DNA of 63,262 nt, counting the filler, from Dimargaris cristalligena (taxonomy: Eukaryota), in assembly GCA_003614675.1 (NCBI GenBank). It is 2 parts of 2 records of this genome, joined end to end, with 100 filler letters (N's around TTAATTAATTAA, not from the genome) between each part and the next. Parts side by side here need not be neighbours in the genome. Positions count along the whole stretch, not along the records: positions 31,685 to 63,262 come from ML002437.1; 1 more part is not named here. The stretch is one strand, 5' to 3'. Under the pieces are notes generated by a model, which saw only the letters and a program-made list of their open reading frames with translations, had not been told where the DNA came from and ran no database searches. This document shows, one piece after another, positions 37,786-50,926 of this stretch; within the stretch, counting starts at the first letter, position 1, and each line of letters begins with the position of its first letter. The position numbers and the translations under genes were made by a program.

Positions 37786-39375
37786 GGTTCCCAATGCGAT
37801 GGACTAAATAGGGAGGGAATGCAACGAACTCGATAAGTATAAACAGGAATGGCGGGCTTCGAAGCGCTCGAGTATATAATTCAAAAGCCCAATGCGCGGA
37901 AGAGAGGTGTGGGGGAGGCGAAAGATGCCGAGTTGAGTACGGCCACAAGAAAATATAGTCTTAAGTGATGTAGACACGCACCTGCCTCTAGTGAATTCAA
38001 AAAGTAGTAATATTGGTGGATATAGGGTCAAATATCCTGCAGTATATATAGAGGCCTTCTCGCGGTTAGGCAGTAACTACCCTAAGTTCGTTGGTTATAA
38101 TTTTAAACACAATGTCGTCATAAATGGGATCCGATGCGAAGTACAATACCCGCAACCAATTAATTTGGGCTAGAATTGTTGAAGGAAATATCAGTAAAGC
38201 GGGGCAAGTGGCTCAATAATTAATGAATAATTGTTTGGGGAGCAGCAAACGATAAGTATATTTATATACTTGCCTGCCTTTTCCAATTCTTACTTCGCTA
38301 GCTGCACTGCAGGTGGATTATGATGTAGTCAATACATATCGGACCAACTGACTTGGGCACCAGGGGCCTCCTTCACAATGACCCACCAGATTGAGGCAAT
38401 TTGCCAGCGAGGTCATTGTCGCCAACGGAATAGGAATGGGGGAGAAATCGTGGTGAAAAAAAAATGGCTTCCTCAGATTATCCGTGATGACGGAGGGTTT
38501 TTTCATACTGCATGGCATGCACTCCATACACATGGCCGTATTCATTCACCGATTTTGTCGCATTCTCTGGTCATCCCGGCAGTGTCGTAATCGATTCAGG
38601 AGTGTTCGTCAAAGGTCGTCTTAGAGGTGTAGATTGGTATTGTTTAATGCGCGGTGTGCTCCCAGGTACCTGGATAGCGGAGTGCCCACCAATCCACCCT
38701 GACAATTCCTCCGTTCGGAGACCTCTCTGGCCGTCATTCATTTCGTCGTCCCATTTCTCTAAAAATAACTCACCAGGCTTAGTCCCCCCCTCCCTTCCAC
38801 ACCTTTGGGCTGCAATCTTTCGGCTGGGTTAGGGTTAGAGTAACAGTGTATGTTCTCCTGAATGGCCTTGCTTGCATTGACTGACAACTCCTCTCGTACA
38901 TTTTGTGTAATACAACACTCCAGAAAAACGTCTATGAAAAAACTCCAATCTATCCCTTATCCGACTCGCCTGGTCTCGGAACTCATTGCAGATGCCTATA
39001 AGTAGAGAATCGCCGATCCATTCACAATATATAATGTGGGCTAACAGAAGAGGGAGGGAGGAGGGGGGGTATACAGTGGCATCTCAAAGCCTACAGATTG
39101 ACCGGGGTTTATCCGTCCAATTTCCTAGTAGCAAGTAAAGCACAGTTGTCTAAATATCGTGCACCTCCTGATGGTGTGGCCCGATATAAAACTATTATTA
39201 AAGTGCACTTGCAGAAATGAGTAGTTCTTCTCTATTTTAAAATTTCCCAAGAACAATAGTATGGACTAAATCAGCTTTTCATTTGGCAACCCGTATCTGG
39301 GATTAATTTCCCCGATATTTTAATAATAAGGATCGATTATATCCACAAAGTTTAGCAAGGCCAGGCGCTGTTTTA

Positions 39376-41133
39376 TTACCCCAAAGGTACCGATAAATTT
39401 TCCTGAAGGTTAGGCCGACATTCAACATCAACTACATAATGATATACCAACGGGGCAAAGCTCTTGACCCGTTCGACATGTAGTACCGAAACCATCCATG
39501 ACGAAGCCGTTTTCCAGTGCGCCAGTAATTGGCCTAGGCGTGACCGAAGGTGGTCCAGCCATTCTGCCAGCTCGTCGGCGCGCGCATTCGTATGCACATG
39601 GAGAATCCCTCCTTCGGTCCGGAGGGCCCGTACGGCTAGGGGCCAGCCTGCCTCGGACGACGGCAATAAGCCCAAATTAACATGGTGGGCCACCTTCTCG
39701 TAATGGTGAACGTGGGCCGCATTATCCCCAGGGTAGATGATCAATCGAGGAGATTCCCCCTTCAGAAAAGCGGAGGAGGGGGCGGGCACCGGAGGGTTCC
39801 CGTGAATTCGGTAGGATAGGTGGCTGGCCCGGGCCCCGCGCCGCAAACCTTCCACGCTCCAGGGGTTGAGTTCGCAGGCGTGTACGGTCGCCGCCCCGGC
39901 GTGAAGGAGGTAGGGTAGGGTAAAGTAACCCACGCCGGCGTACAGGTCCACCACCACCTGGTGGGGGAGACACCGGTAGTGGGGTGACTGGGCCACTCGG
40001 AGCTTTTCGGATATATTACCGGGGCAAAACATCGTATGGATCGGCGCCCAATGGTAAATAACCTGATTCTGCTTAGCCTGGGCCCAGAAGGCCTGTTCAA
40101 AGTCGGTGGTATCTAGGCTGTCATCTTCCGGAAGCAAGGGGGCTGAGGAGTAGCAGCCGCTACCGATACTACCACCAGTATCTTTCGAAGCCAGGCTTGG
40201 TGTAGTCTCGTTCAATTCAGTTTGCTTTTGGGCATGTACTGGTGAAGGGATCGGTATCTCTGAAGTACCTAGTTCGTACCGGGACGAGTTTCGCCAATTG
40301 CCCCAGTCGCCAAATAACACATCAATAATAGGTCGTCGCATGACATCGTTCACCGGGATGGGTGCTTTACGGGCCAAATGAGAGGCCCCTAGTAATTCGG
40401 CTACGGCTGCGAAGAATACATCCGAGGCGGTTGCTGATACTGAGGAGGCCGCATACTTTTGCCCATCTATTAGATCAGCTAGAACCGTAATATTTAACAA
40501 AGAGGACCAGGTGTCGGACCGGAACGCATCTTCGGGAAAGAGAACAAAATTCGTATATTTTTCCCATTTGGCCGGGACGCTCTGAAGCAAGGCGGTTTCC
40601 TCCTGGGGAGATATGTCCACACCCAATTCGCCCGGTTGGAGAGGCGTTCGACCCAAGCTCACCAATATCCGGGCTAGGCTCTGAAGTTGGACAAAGGGCT
40701 TAGTCACCAACGACTGTTTCGGTATGCTAGTTAGTCGAGCCAGAGTCCCGCGAAAATCGGGAGGTGGACTACTATCCGAACCCGAATCAACTAGTGCCAG
40801 TCGAAGGTCAGTGACCCATGGTAACCACTCGGCGGGCAAAAAGAATCCACCCGAGGAGCTGGGGTCAGCCTGTCCGATCTCGTATTTCTTGCTAGATAGT
40901 TCGACCTGGCCGATGATATTTAAAGGGCTGGGAGATTGGTTGATGTCAGTTTCGAGTTGAGTCGGGGGAACGGTTCCGGTTCGTAGGGGAATAAGCAGCG
41001 TCGACCCTACTTTGGTGACACTGCGGGTTTTATCGCGCCAGGCGTGTTGGTCGGTACTATCCTTGATAAACTTAGCCAGTCGAGTGGGAACCTGAAGGTA
41101 CCATTGCGCACCGGGAAATGCCGCTGAATCCAT
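39376..41133 (-). CDS. TRM12: tRNA wybutosine-synthesizing protein 2 (TYW2/TRM12), single exon, 585 aa
   Basis: Q..V.Y.WAP..TMF.PGNISEK.RV, SAM-binding VVVDLYAGVGYFTLPYL, ACELNPWSVEGL, HVNLGLLPSSEAGW, and VERVKSFAP.VYHYVVD. Confidence 0.92.
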   Translation of the reverse strand: MDSAAFPGAQWYLQVPTRLAKFIKDSTDQHAWRDKTRSVTKVGSTLLIPLRTGTVPPTQLETDINQSPSPLNIIGQVELSSKKYEIGQADPSSSGGFFLPAEWLPWVTDLRLALVDSGSDSSPPPDFRGTLARLTSIPKQSLVTKPFVQLQSLARILVSLGRTPLQPGELGVDISPQEETALLQSVPAKWEKYTNFVLFPEDAFRSDTWSSLLNITVLADLIDGQKYAASSVSATASDVFFAAVAELLGASHLARKAPIPVNDVMRRPIIDVLFGDWGNWRNSSRYELGTSEIPIPSPVHAQKQTELNETTPSLASKDTGGSIGSGCYSSAPLLPEDDSLDTTDFEQAFWAQAKQNQVIYHWAPIHTMFCPGNISEKLRVAQSPHYRCLPHQVVVDLYAGVGYFTLPYLLHAGAATVHACELNPWSVEGLRRGARASHLSYRIHGNPPVPAPSSAFLKGESPRLIIYPGDNAAHVHHYEKVAHHVNLGLLPSSEAGWPLAVRALRTEGGILHVHTNARADELAEWLDHLRSRLGQLLAHWKTASSWMVSVLHVERVKSFAPLVYHYVVDVECRPNLQENLSVPLG

Positions 41134-41971
41134 ACTGCAGCGACTAATGGTTGGGTGTTCTATAGCGTTGGAATGCGATAAGGATACGCCTGTCGGGGAA
41201 GACCCAGAGGCGGAGGTAGTGGTAGTGACTAGCGGATGAAATTAGAACAATCAGTGGGGGAGGGCAATCCAAAAAAACAATAGTTTGAGATGGTCGAGGG
41301 GCTCGATTAGCCCGAAAACAGCGTGGACAGCTAATGGTATCGAAAGGGAGGAGCCAGAGGCATTCCAGATTCTGTACTACAACTGGCATAGCCGAGCACA
41401 TTAGGTGGTTCCCCAGGCTCAGGAAACCGCCAATAGCCCACTAATAGAAGGTTCAATGTCGGGTCAGTTCAATCAGCTGAATGGCGGTGGTCTTGTGGTA
41501 GGACTTCACATGGAGCTCGGCACTCGCCAAGGACGGCTACACCTCCACTGCTCATCCTTGTATATCCCCCTACTTTTCATGACTCCTTTCTCTGGCAATT
41601 GAAATGGCATATTTTGTAAACCATATTTAGTTACTTTAACCCCCCATTTACCTTTCAGTGAATTGGCAGCAGCTCTTGTATTCTCTTGTGTTCACCTCTC
41701 CCTCCCCTCTAGCGACCATTATTGCACCCTTCCACCGATTTCCAGTCACTCCCCCCATCCATAGCCCTACTATTACATTGTTGCGCTCTGTGGTACGGAC
41801 ATTGCAACGCCATTGGTTCACATGACCACCACCCAATTGTAATCTATTACCATCCTCCCGCTCCTCACTGGGGCTACTTCGGTAATTTCTGAAACACCGC
41901 CATAGACTACCAAGGCCACTCGAAAAGACGCTTCTATTTCAGCCCTCTAGGTCCCTATTAGTCAGTCCACT

Positions 41972-43629
41972 ATGATACTCAAATATTTCCAAAAACCCAA
42001 ACCCGAAGAGCTCGTAAGTTGCCCTCCATACTTTAAGCACTCTATAGCCGCTCGCCAATGTGGCGCTTGCGTTGCATTATCGCAGCGCCTTTTTTGTCTA
42101 GCCCGAGCACCTCCGTGAGGCTCCAGGAAACACTAAACTAGTGGTCTTCATGTATTGGTAGCACTATGCCTTGCGGATCCCTAAAATGCAAAACTTCCCT
42201 AACCATATGGTACTAACTGTTCTTTCTTATTTACTCCCGGTCACTCGACTCTCCGATTATTACAGGTTCGTAAATGGAGGCAGTCCATTCAGTCGCAGCA
42301 ACGGGTCCTCCAAAGGCAAATCCGGAATATCGAAATGGAAGAAACCAAAACCAAGCGGATCCTGAAGGGTCTCGCCAAAAAGAACGACTTGAAATCCTGT
42401 CGTATCTTAGCCAAGGAATTAGTACGGTCCGAACGGCAGAAGCAGCGGCTTCATATCAGTGTCGCACAGCTGAACTCTATTAGTATGGAGCTTCAGCGAC
42501 AGACAGGTAATTACGGAACTTAGTGTCCACGTAATAGAATAATGTATTCTTTTGAGTTGAGGCATTTCCCATGTTAGATCGATTACTACAAACCCCTCGT
42601 AACCCGTCTGGCTTATCAAGTACCTAGTTACCGGGAAACGCCACTAAATTATTCAAATCCGCATACGTATGTTTATATCGGGCCGTTTTATTTTACAACT
42701 ATGCTCGGCCTATTTGCATGTCCACTCCTATTGAACCCATTCACCCCGTAATTCAGCAATGCTCAAGGTCGCCGGTCAACTCAGCCAAAGTACTCAGCTC
42801 ATGCGCCAGGTCAACAGCCTCGTCAAAATGCCCCAAATTGCTGCTGCAGTACAGGAAATGTCGCGGGAAATGATGAAGGTAAAACATAACCTTATTTTCA
42901 AAAAATTAATTATTTCTTTCCCGAACCTAACCCACTTTGGGCTCCTTAATCACCCCTGGTTTATACATTGATAACCATATTTAACCATCGTTGGCCAATT
43001 TACCTGAATTGGGGTGGTCATATGTGGTCTTCCTTTCTTCACATACTCACTCAATTTTTTTTTAGGCCGGGATCATCAGCGAAATGATGGAGGATACCTT
43101 GGATATGCTCGATGAAGACGATGTTGAGGACGAGGCCGAGGAGGAAGTCAACAAGATTCTATTCGAAATAACCGACGGTAAGTCATTTCTCTCGCTATTT
43201 TCCAACGGCATTTTGAGCTTATTACGCCCTATTGTCTTACTTATCCGTCGGAGTGTGCACTACTAATCTCATTGATGAATAATTTGCAACCCTATATTAT
43301 GTATCTGTGCGCATTATCCCACTCACTAGGCCTGCTAGGACAAGCCCAGCCCACCAAAACCATACCAGCGGTAAGTGCACCTTTGGACCTGATTATCCAC
43401 CCAGATTTAATCGAGGAATTACAGTGTTTTACCTCATAGGCGCCAAAAAGAGAGGATTGCTGCTTACCCACGTCAAACCATTATCGTTTCACTGTCCCCT
43501 ATTGTTATTTTGCATCCACAGAAAACCGAAGAGGTTGCCGAGGCACCCGTCGAGGCCCAAGCGGCGGATTCCGAAGAAGAGGCCGATCTGGACGAAATGC
43601 AAGCCCGACTAGCCGCCCTTCGGGCATAG
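41972..43629 (+). CDS. VPS24: ESCRT-III subunit Vps24/CHMP3, 6 exons, ~221 aa
   Basis: Exons 41972-42013, 42266-42506, 42757-42878, 43066-43177, 43330-43370 and 43522-43629 splice in frame. Motifs: PKPEELVRKW, ILAKELVR, AQLNSISMEL, EMSREMMKAGIISEMMEDT, EEEVNKILFEIT, and terminal MIM1 MQARLAALR. Confidence 0.93.
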
Positions 43630-44128
43630 GTTGTTTATGGCCTCTGAAGCCATATTTATTTACTTTTTACCCAGCTTTCCGCAAACCCCCTAGTTGTAGA
43701 AATATGCGAGCTGTGGTACACCTCCCTTCCAATCTCCCAAAACCCTATGAACCAATTATTATTTCAACAGGTACATTGGTTGGGCGCCTGCCTTTATAAT
43801 TTCCCTTCCTTTTTATTGTTCGCTTTTTGATACATTCAAAATTAGCCTCGCTTTATTTTAAGCCACTCTTTACTCAATAATATATATGCTTTGTGCTCCA
43901 GTTTCCCGTCATTTACTTCATATCTGTACTACTATTGAGAATTTCACTAAACACCGTTTACCAGGTTCAGAAGCCGAGTAATAATCAACGAAGCACCAAG
44001 TACCGTATTAGAAAGTCGGATAATTGAGACCACGGAAGGCCGTGGCGCACTACTTAATCCAAGAATAATGCAGTGTTTGAATGGCCAGGCCTCTAGCGAT
44101 TACGAAAAAACAGGATTCACCGGATCTT

Positions 44129-45416
44129 TTAACGAATGTACTTATCCATAAATTTACGGTGGAAGTCTGACCGGAGCATATCGTTGATGAATCGCTTCTG
44201 GGGTTTATCATCGACGTCGCGGGCCTGATTCTTGAAAATGACATCGTCGTCCCAGCGCCGTTTAACCGCAAAACTGGGCCCATTGTTCAAGTTCAGGAGG
44301 GGGTTGCCACCCAGTAACTGTTCGGTGCGCTGAGATTCCTCCATTAGCGCCTGTTGTTCGGCTTTCTTGGCCTCTTCCTCGGCCCGTTCCCGCTTAATTT
44401 TTTCAAGCTCGCGCAGCAATTGGGCGGTTTCGTCGTCATCATCGTCATCACCGTCGTCGTCGGAATCGTCTTCGTTTTCATCCGAAGAGAAGGATGTGGA
44501 ATTGACTGTATTGCCAAAAATCCCGCCGATTGCCTTGCGTTCCGGAGGTCTGTAAAGGGAAAAATAGGTCACACCAAATGGTGTTTACAGTAGGACGGTT
44601 ATAGAAGCCGAGAGTGTCGTTAGATAGTAGTTAACCAGAGCCTTCTCATATATCGGGTGGTAGTTTCTTGTTTGACACACGCATGGGTGCGACTACAAGT
44701 TGATAATGAGAGTAGGTCCACCGGGAGAAAATAAAAGGTGGTGGTGATTGAGTTCATCACCTTAACAAACCATTCAAATATTTATAGGCAACTTACCCTG
44801 AGGAGCTTTCCTCATCCGAATCGTCACTGTCATCGACGTCCCACCCCTGGACTTGTTCCAGCAATTGTCGGCGCTTTTCGTCGTCTAGCTGGGGGGTAGC
44901 CGACTCGGAATCGACTTGTCCAGGGGTTGGTTCACTGGACCCGATTGCAGCGGCACCCGAACCCGCCTTCAGTTTACGGAAATGTTCCCGTTCCGCTTCT
45001 AAAAGCTGCTGCTTCAGGTCATCGACCTTCTGTTCAAGACTGGTTTCCGATTCGGGTTGGCTAGAGACAGAACGTGCAAGTACCATCAGTCCATATATAC
45101 ATATTAAGGTATGCTACATAAAAATTAATAAGGGGGCTCCACGGCGGTAGTAGATATCAGCAAAACGATGTTGGGTATTATAATGACGCGGTGGTGGGAA
45201 AATAATCACCAACTAGGGTGCATTGATTCAGTTGGGCCGTGTAGCATACACGCCAGGTGGGCTCATTTCCAGCCAAGCATTTATAAATTCGGGAATGCCT
45301 TACCGGTATTTAAGTGTGGTGTGAGAAGGTAGGTCGCGCGCGCTAGTCTGAAGCTTAGGGCCTTTGCTTTCGCGACCACGAGCGGGGTCGAATGTCGGGC
45401 GGGCCGCGGTAGTCAT
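44129..45416 (-). CDS. CWC15: Spliceosomal NTC-associated protein Cwc15/Cwf15, 3 exons, ~265 aa
   Basis: Exons 45416-45304, 45060-44797 and 44549-44129. Motifs: [84 protein letters not shown]. Confidence 0.95.
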
Positions 45417-48400
45417 TGTGGCTTGTGGGAATAAAAATACAAAACGCTAGAAATAGCGAAGGGATGGATTACAAATAGGGGAAATCAAGGAAGCGAATAA
45501 CGGTGAACTGTCGAGAATGAAAGTTCGTAAACCAATGGGACTATTCGCGTATAAATGAAAAGAGGGAAAATAAAAGACAAGGAAGCGGGTGATGGCGTTC
45601 GCATTAGGTCTGTACGAGAAACTCTAGTGTACATACTATTGCTTATCATAAGTTCGATTGAACGATACAGCGACAAACATCCCACGCATGGGAAAAATAA
45701 TTTTGACCGGTAATGTTTTTGGGATTATGAACTAATTACAACTGATGAGAGCGTTGATTGGACAGGACTTTGCACTCATGAAAGATCAGATTCAGTGTAA
45801 AAGTCCAACTGTCAGTGCTGAGCTACTAAACAACTTCAAGTAATCGATGTAAACAGTGGTTTCGGTGTAGCCAAGCACAGTTGTTCAAAAGGATCGGCAA
45901 ATATGCCACTTTACTAGCAATTAAAAATGGCATAAATGATAGGCGACACTGAAGCCAAAATGGAATATATAGTTTTTCAGGGTTGGGCTATTTAAGAAAG
46001 GTAAACAACTTCCGTCATAACAGCCGTGGTTAAATGGGAGATAATAACCGATATGTGGAAGTGTAGCGGGTGTTTCCTACCCCTCAGTGGAGATGAGCTT
46101 CTTTCAGTTTGGGCGAAATGAACGTAGCACAGTGGAAGTATACTTAGTGTAGCTATCGGTCACATTGTGAATGTAGAATATAAATATCGAAATTGCTCTG
46201 TACTCTAAATCCGCGGGAACCTTATTTCCGGCCATTATGTACCAATTTCATAGTATATTGTCATGGAAATGGGTTGCAGTCCCTATTTTTAACTCAAGCC
46301 ATGTCGTTTAATCAACAGAAGTACTTCTTTATATTCGCCAACGCCGACCAGAATGAGACTTTAGTTAACCCCTAAATAATCCTAATAAAACGGCATATTT
46401 GAAGCAGTTCAATACAACGGCGCAGTGATTTAGCCCGTTTCCTGTTTAGTGATGATGCTTGCCCGTCATTTCTTACCCGTCTACAAGAGGCCGCGCCCGT
46501 TTCAGCAGACCGGCTCTATCTAATCCTGATTAGGTTAATAGGTCTGGGGGCGGAGGGGGTATGGAGATGGAAGCCCGTATATGCAATGTTAATTCAATGC
46601 CATTTATAGATGTCCATTTCCCAGATTCGGCTGGTGTAACATCATTCAGTATACGGGGAATTGAAAAAAAAAGTATGCTAGATGTAATGATAGGCGGTTC
46701 TTTGATGAGATGGGGGGGGGGGTGCGAGGTCTCCCGATAAATTTAAACAAAGAAGTGGAAGATAAATTACCCAAGAACTCGATTCTGGATACCGAAATAG
46801 TCTTCTGACAGTGCGTATATTTATATAGCAGTCGGTTTAGGCGGATGGACATTGGTCCTAAAGAGGCTAAATGATATGAGGTCAGCGAAGCATTCCACTG
46901 CTATCAAAATTTGTCTTCCTTTAGCCATGGATGTCCGCCACTATTGATTCGGATTCCAAACCAACCCTCACCACAGCCACCCAAACTCAACAAATTTTGA
47001 TAGCCCCAATGCTGTAGCACCGGAAAATAAGCCTTATTTCACCTTTTCAAAATACGGGTGAGCCGATTATTATATCGATTTTCCAACAACGCACCCCCCT
47101 CCCTGTTTTTCGCACAGCTGTATCTGATGAAAATAGCCCTAGTTATATTTCCGCGTTAGTTAAATTAACCTCCCTAATCGACCTAGTTGCCGGGAACTTC
47201 CCCCCCAATGTTACTCCAAAAGATCAATCCAATCGGAAAAGAGCGTAATAAGTTATTGGATTGGTTGGGGTCAAAATGTATTGTTCAGAATATATAAAAT
47301 ATAAATCGTATTAGACCAGCCATATCTAACCGAGACATGTCCAATTAGGTAACGGAAGGGTAGCAGACTCTGGCGAGGGGAAGTATTCGCTAGAGGGTCA
47401 ATTCACCCCCCTCTATCTCCCAATACCCAAAACGGGCCCGTATTTCAAATACCAATGAAAGCGATTGGCTAACGAGCCCCGCTGGTGCGATTTCATCGAC
47501 GCGGCCGCGTAATACAGGGACAACCACTGGACCCTATAACTCACCTTCTCTGGAAACATGGCGACATTAAAATGGACGTTTCGGTCAAACAGATACTACC
47601 GTCGCTACGCTAACGTGTGGCCCGAAAAGTCACCAACTGTAGAAGGACCCCGCCAATCAAAAAAGGTATGGGCGATTGGCGCAACCCTTGCCCCACTTAA
47701 CTTGAGCCCTCTCACTGAATGGCGAGTAGTGGAGGACTAAAATGCATTCCTTGAATTTACGAAAAATGCCTTGGTTCAAGGAGGAGGAAGGGGGGGGTAT
47801 ATCTCTCACATACATCTCACCCATCCCCCACATAAACTAAATGGCGGATACATTATTTTGATTCCTTTCATAGCCGTGGGTGGTGTCAACCAATCATTCT
47901 CCCTTATACCGAGGGGGCGTACGACAATGACGGTCACACATTGCGACTAACCCCTCCTTTCTTCCCTGTGGGTTATGGAGCTAGTTCACTAGATGTACAG
48001 CAGAGAAGGCCTTTTATTGATAGTTGACACAGCGCCAGTGAAACGGCGATTTGGCCTATCTCTCTGCTCCCCCCCCTACTCTCCTCTCCTGCCCCCCCCC
48101 CCTCTCGTCCATTGTCGGGAAGCGGAATGATTCTGCGCAACCATCGGGGACGGGAGGATTGGTCAACCTACTATGCACCTTTCTCTCACGGCCAATAAGC
48201 CCCATCCGTTATTTTCGTATCAGCCAAAATGAAGGGCAGAAAAGTAGCCACATGCCAAGGGGCAAAAACTGCCATGTTTTGCCCTCTCTCCCCCCCTTCT
48301 TTTCCGCCTCCGCCCTACGGTGGACCCCCCTCCGATATCGTATAAAAGCTCCGAAGGCGCCGTACGGAGAGGAGAGTTTCGCACTTCCAATCTTCCAGGC

Positions 48401-48810
48401 CATTTGCCCTTTTTAATATATATAGTTTTTAGCATTTTTATACTGATAGACTGGTTTATATCCACCTTTAGATTTTTGCATTATCAACATTTTACCACCC
48501 AATTAGCCCATTTCCCAGGTGACATTTTAAGGTTTACAATTGTCTCTATTTTGTAGTATACCCCGTCCTTCAATTTTTACCTAGAGAAATATCAATTAGG
48601 GAAGGTCAGCCCTTTATCTGTCTTTGGCGTCATTCTGCCCCTCCCCCACGCTCGCACGTACTAGACTGCTCCTATATTTCTCAACGTTGACATTCGTATT
48701 ATTGTTTTTTATTTCTCTAGCGGATATATTTGAAATTGGGATTTCCGTATTATACTGCGAGTTTATCGGCACCTACATTATTTCGAATCCGAAAATATTA
48801 TTATTGCATT

Positions 48811-50311
48811 ATGAGAGTACTGGTATCTCTCACCATCCTTTATCTGGGAGTAGTTCTGGCTTTTCCGTCCACGGTGGTAGACTCCAGGGACCGCTCCCAA
48901 TCCCTGAGCCCTCCTCCGTTAAGCCCATCGAAATTTATCCACGAGTTGAACTACAGGGATCAACACCTCAACCATAACCAACTCGCGGCCATCGGGAGCA
49001 ACTTCGATTCGCGCGAAGAATGCAATTACCAAGGGTCCGGGCCATCGTCCCACTGGCCCTCGGGCTCACCCCCCACCTACATCCCTGAGCAGTTTGCCAA
49101 CCCCCGTCGCCATAGCCGAATCGAAACCTACCCTTTTGGTGATGCATCCCCCCTACCCAAGCTGGGGGATCCATTAATACCATCACCACCGAGACAGTAC
49201 GACCGGGTCGGTATGAGTCTGTACCAAGCCCTTCCCCATAACTCCAGTGTAAAGCGCTACCATCTCATTGGCGATGTGCACGGCCAAAATATCGAATTCC
49301 AGAAGTTAATGGTGGAGTTGAAATATAATAAGAATGTGGACCAGCTCATTTTGGTGGGCGATTTGATCCATAAAGGTAGTTACTCGATTGAGGTCCTGGA
49401 CTTCGCTATTGCCAACAAGGCGTTGTGCGTAAGGGGAAACCACGAAGATTATTTGTTTTCCATTGTAGCCGAGCAAAAGTTGGGTAAATACTCCCGGAAA
49501 TGGAGGGACACTCTCTTTCAATTGATCAAGTAAGTTGGTAAACCCCTTTGAGCATCGTTGGGGATATTCCATTATATAGATATCCCTATATTAACCATTG
49601 CCACTTAACCCAGTTCAACTCGTTACGAGTAGAAGAGAGTCCTTATACAGCAGGTATTGTTTGACGCTAGGGTTGGTGGTATTAATTGACCTACAGCAAT
49701 AACTAGCTGGCGCACCCGTTCGAACTCATCCGACAGGGCGTGGGTGCTTACGGGGTTCCTCTTCCTCGCTTAGGTATAGCTAATTTCAATCAACCCAGTA
49801 CTAACTTTCGTTCTTGGTATTCTCTATATTATTTGACGCTCATAGGGAACTCAAGGATCACCACTGGGCCTACCTCCGGAGCTGCCCTCTCGTGCTTCAG
49901 CTCCCCAAAGAGTTTGGCAATATTGCGGTGGTTCATGCTGGTATTGATATGAACCAAGCCCTGGAACGCCAGGATCCCGACGTGGCCATGTACACGCCCA
50001 TCTTGACACCCAATCCCAATGGGGGACCCCCTGAGCGGACCGAGCCCAGCTGGTTTGATATTTATAATGCCCGACAAGAAGAGCGCCGTATGCACAAGAC
50101 CTGGTCTTCCGCCGAATCGCGTCGCAGCCCACCCATGACGGTGGTGTACGGCCACGATGAACTCCTGGGGCTTCAACTACACCCCTTCACTAAGGGACTG
50201 GACTCAGCGTGCTACCGGGGTGGCAGTTTAACTGCGCTAACTCTGCCCGGTCAAAAAATTACTTCCGTGAAGTGTAAGCCAAGCGAATCGATGTCCATTC
50301 GGAAGAGCTAG
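48811..50311 (+). CDS. Secreted ApaH-like/Ppn2-type metallophosphoesterase (copy 1, intact), 2 exons, ~394 aa
   Basis: Signal-peptide-like MRVLVSLTILYLGVVLA. Exons 48811-49529 and 49846-50311. Motifs IGDVHG, LVGDLIHKG, RGNHED, VVHAG, VVYGHD and GLDSACYRGG.LTA. GDL..KG and GLD..C..GG are typical of ApaH-like (ALPH/Ppn2) enzymes. Confidence 0.88.
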
Positions 50312-50926
50312 CGACCATGCGACTTGGAATCGTATCGACAATCGAAAACAGTCCACCGTCTTGTTGTCTTGGATATTCCCAACTGGGCTTTGAATATGCT
50401 TGAACACCGCCCTCGTCTGGCTTGGCTGTAACTATCTAATCCGGCAAGGCCAGGGGTGGGGTTTTTGAACGCAAACACCTTGGTAGGAAAACTTGACATG
50501 AAGCAAACTTAGTATACATCAAAAATGTAAATTATCACCAATAGATTTGACAGTGAAACGTATTGTAAATGCAGTGGTTATAATAGCAGTAATAGTGATG
50601 GGTGGAGGTGAAAAACCTCCTATATTCAGCGATCTATAGAGACTGGCATATATTACCAGTTTCAATGAAAACCGTATTATGCTCTGTTGAATTCAAGATA
50701 TGTGATTAGTATATAAACACATTGTGACTAGGATGTTCAAAGATCAACTAATCTCGAACCAAACCGCTACATGCTTCTAACAATACGCGATTTTTTACCC
50801 GTCCCATTTACGCCAATAATATAAATTTAGTATACTGCTGATTTTATTCACAATGGTCAGCGATAGCGGAGGAATATCTCATCTTGTCAGCCAATCTACT
50901 AAGTTGAGTTCGACAAGAGGCACAAG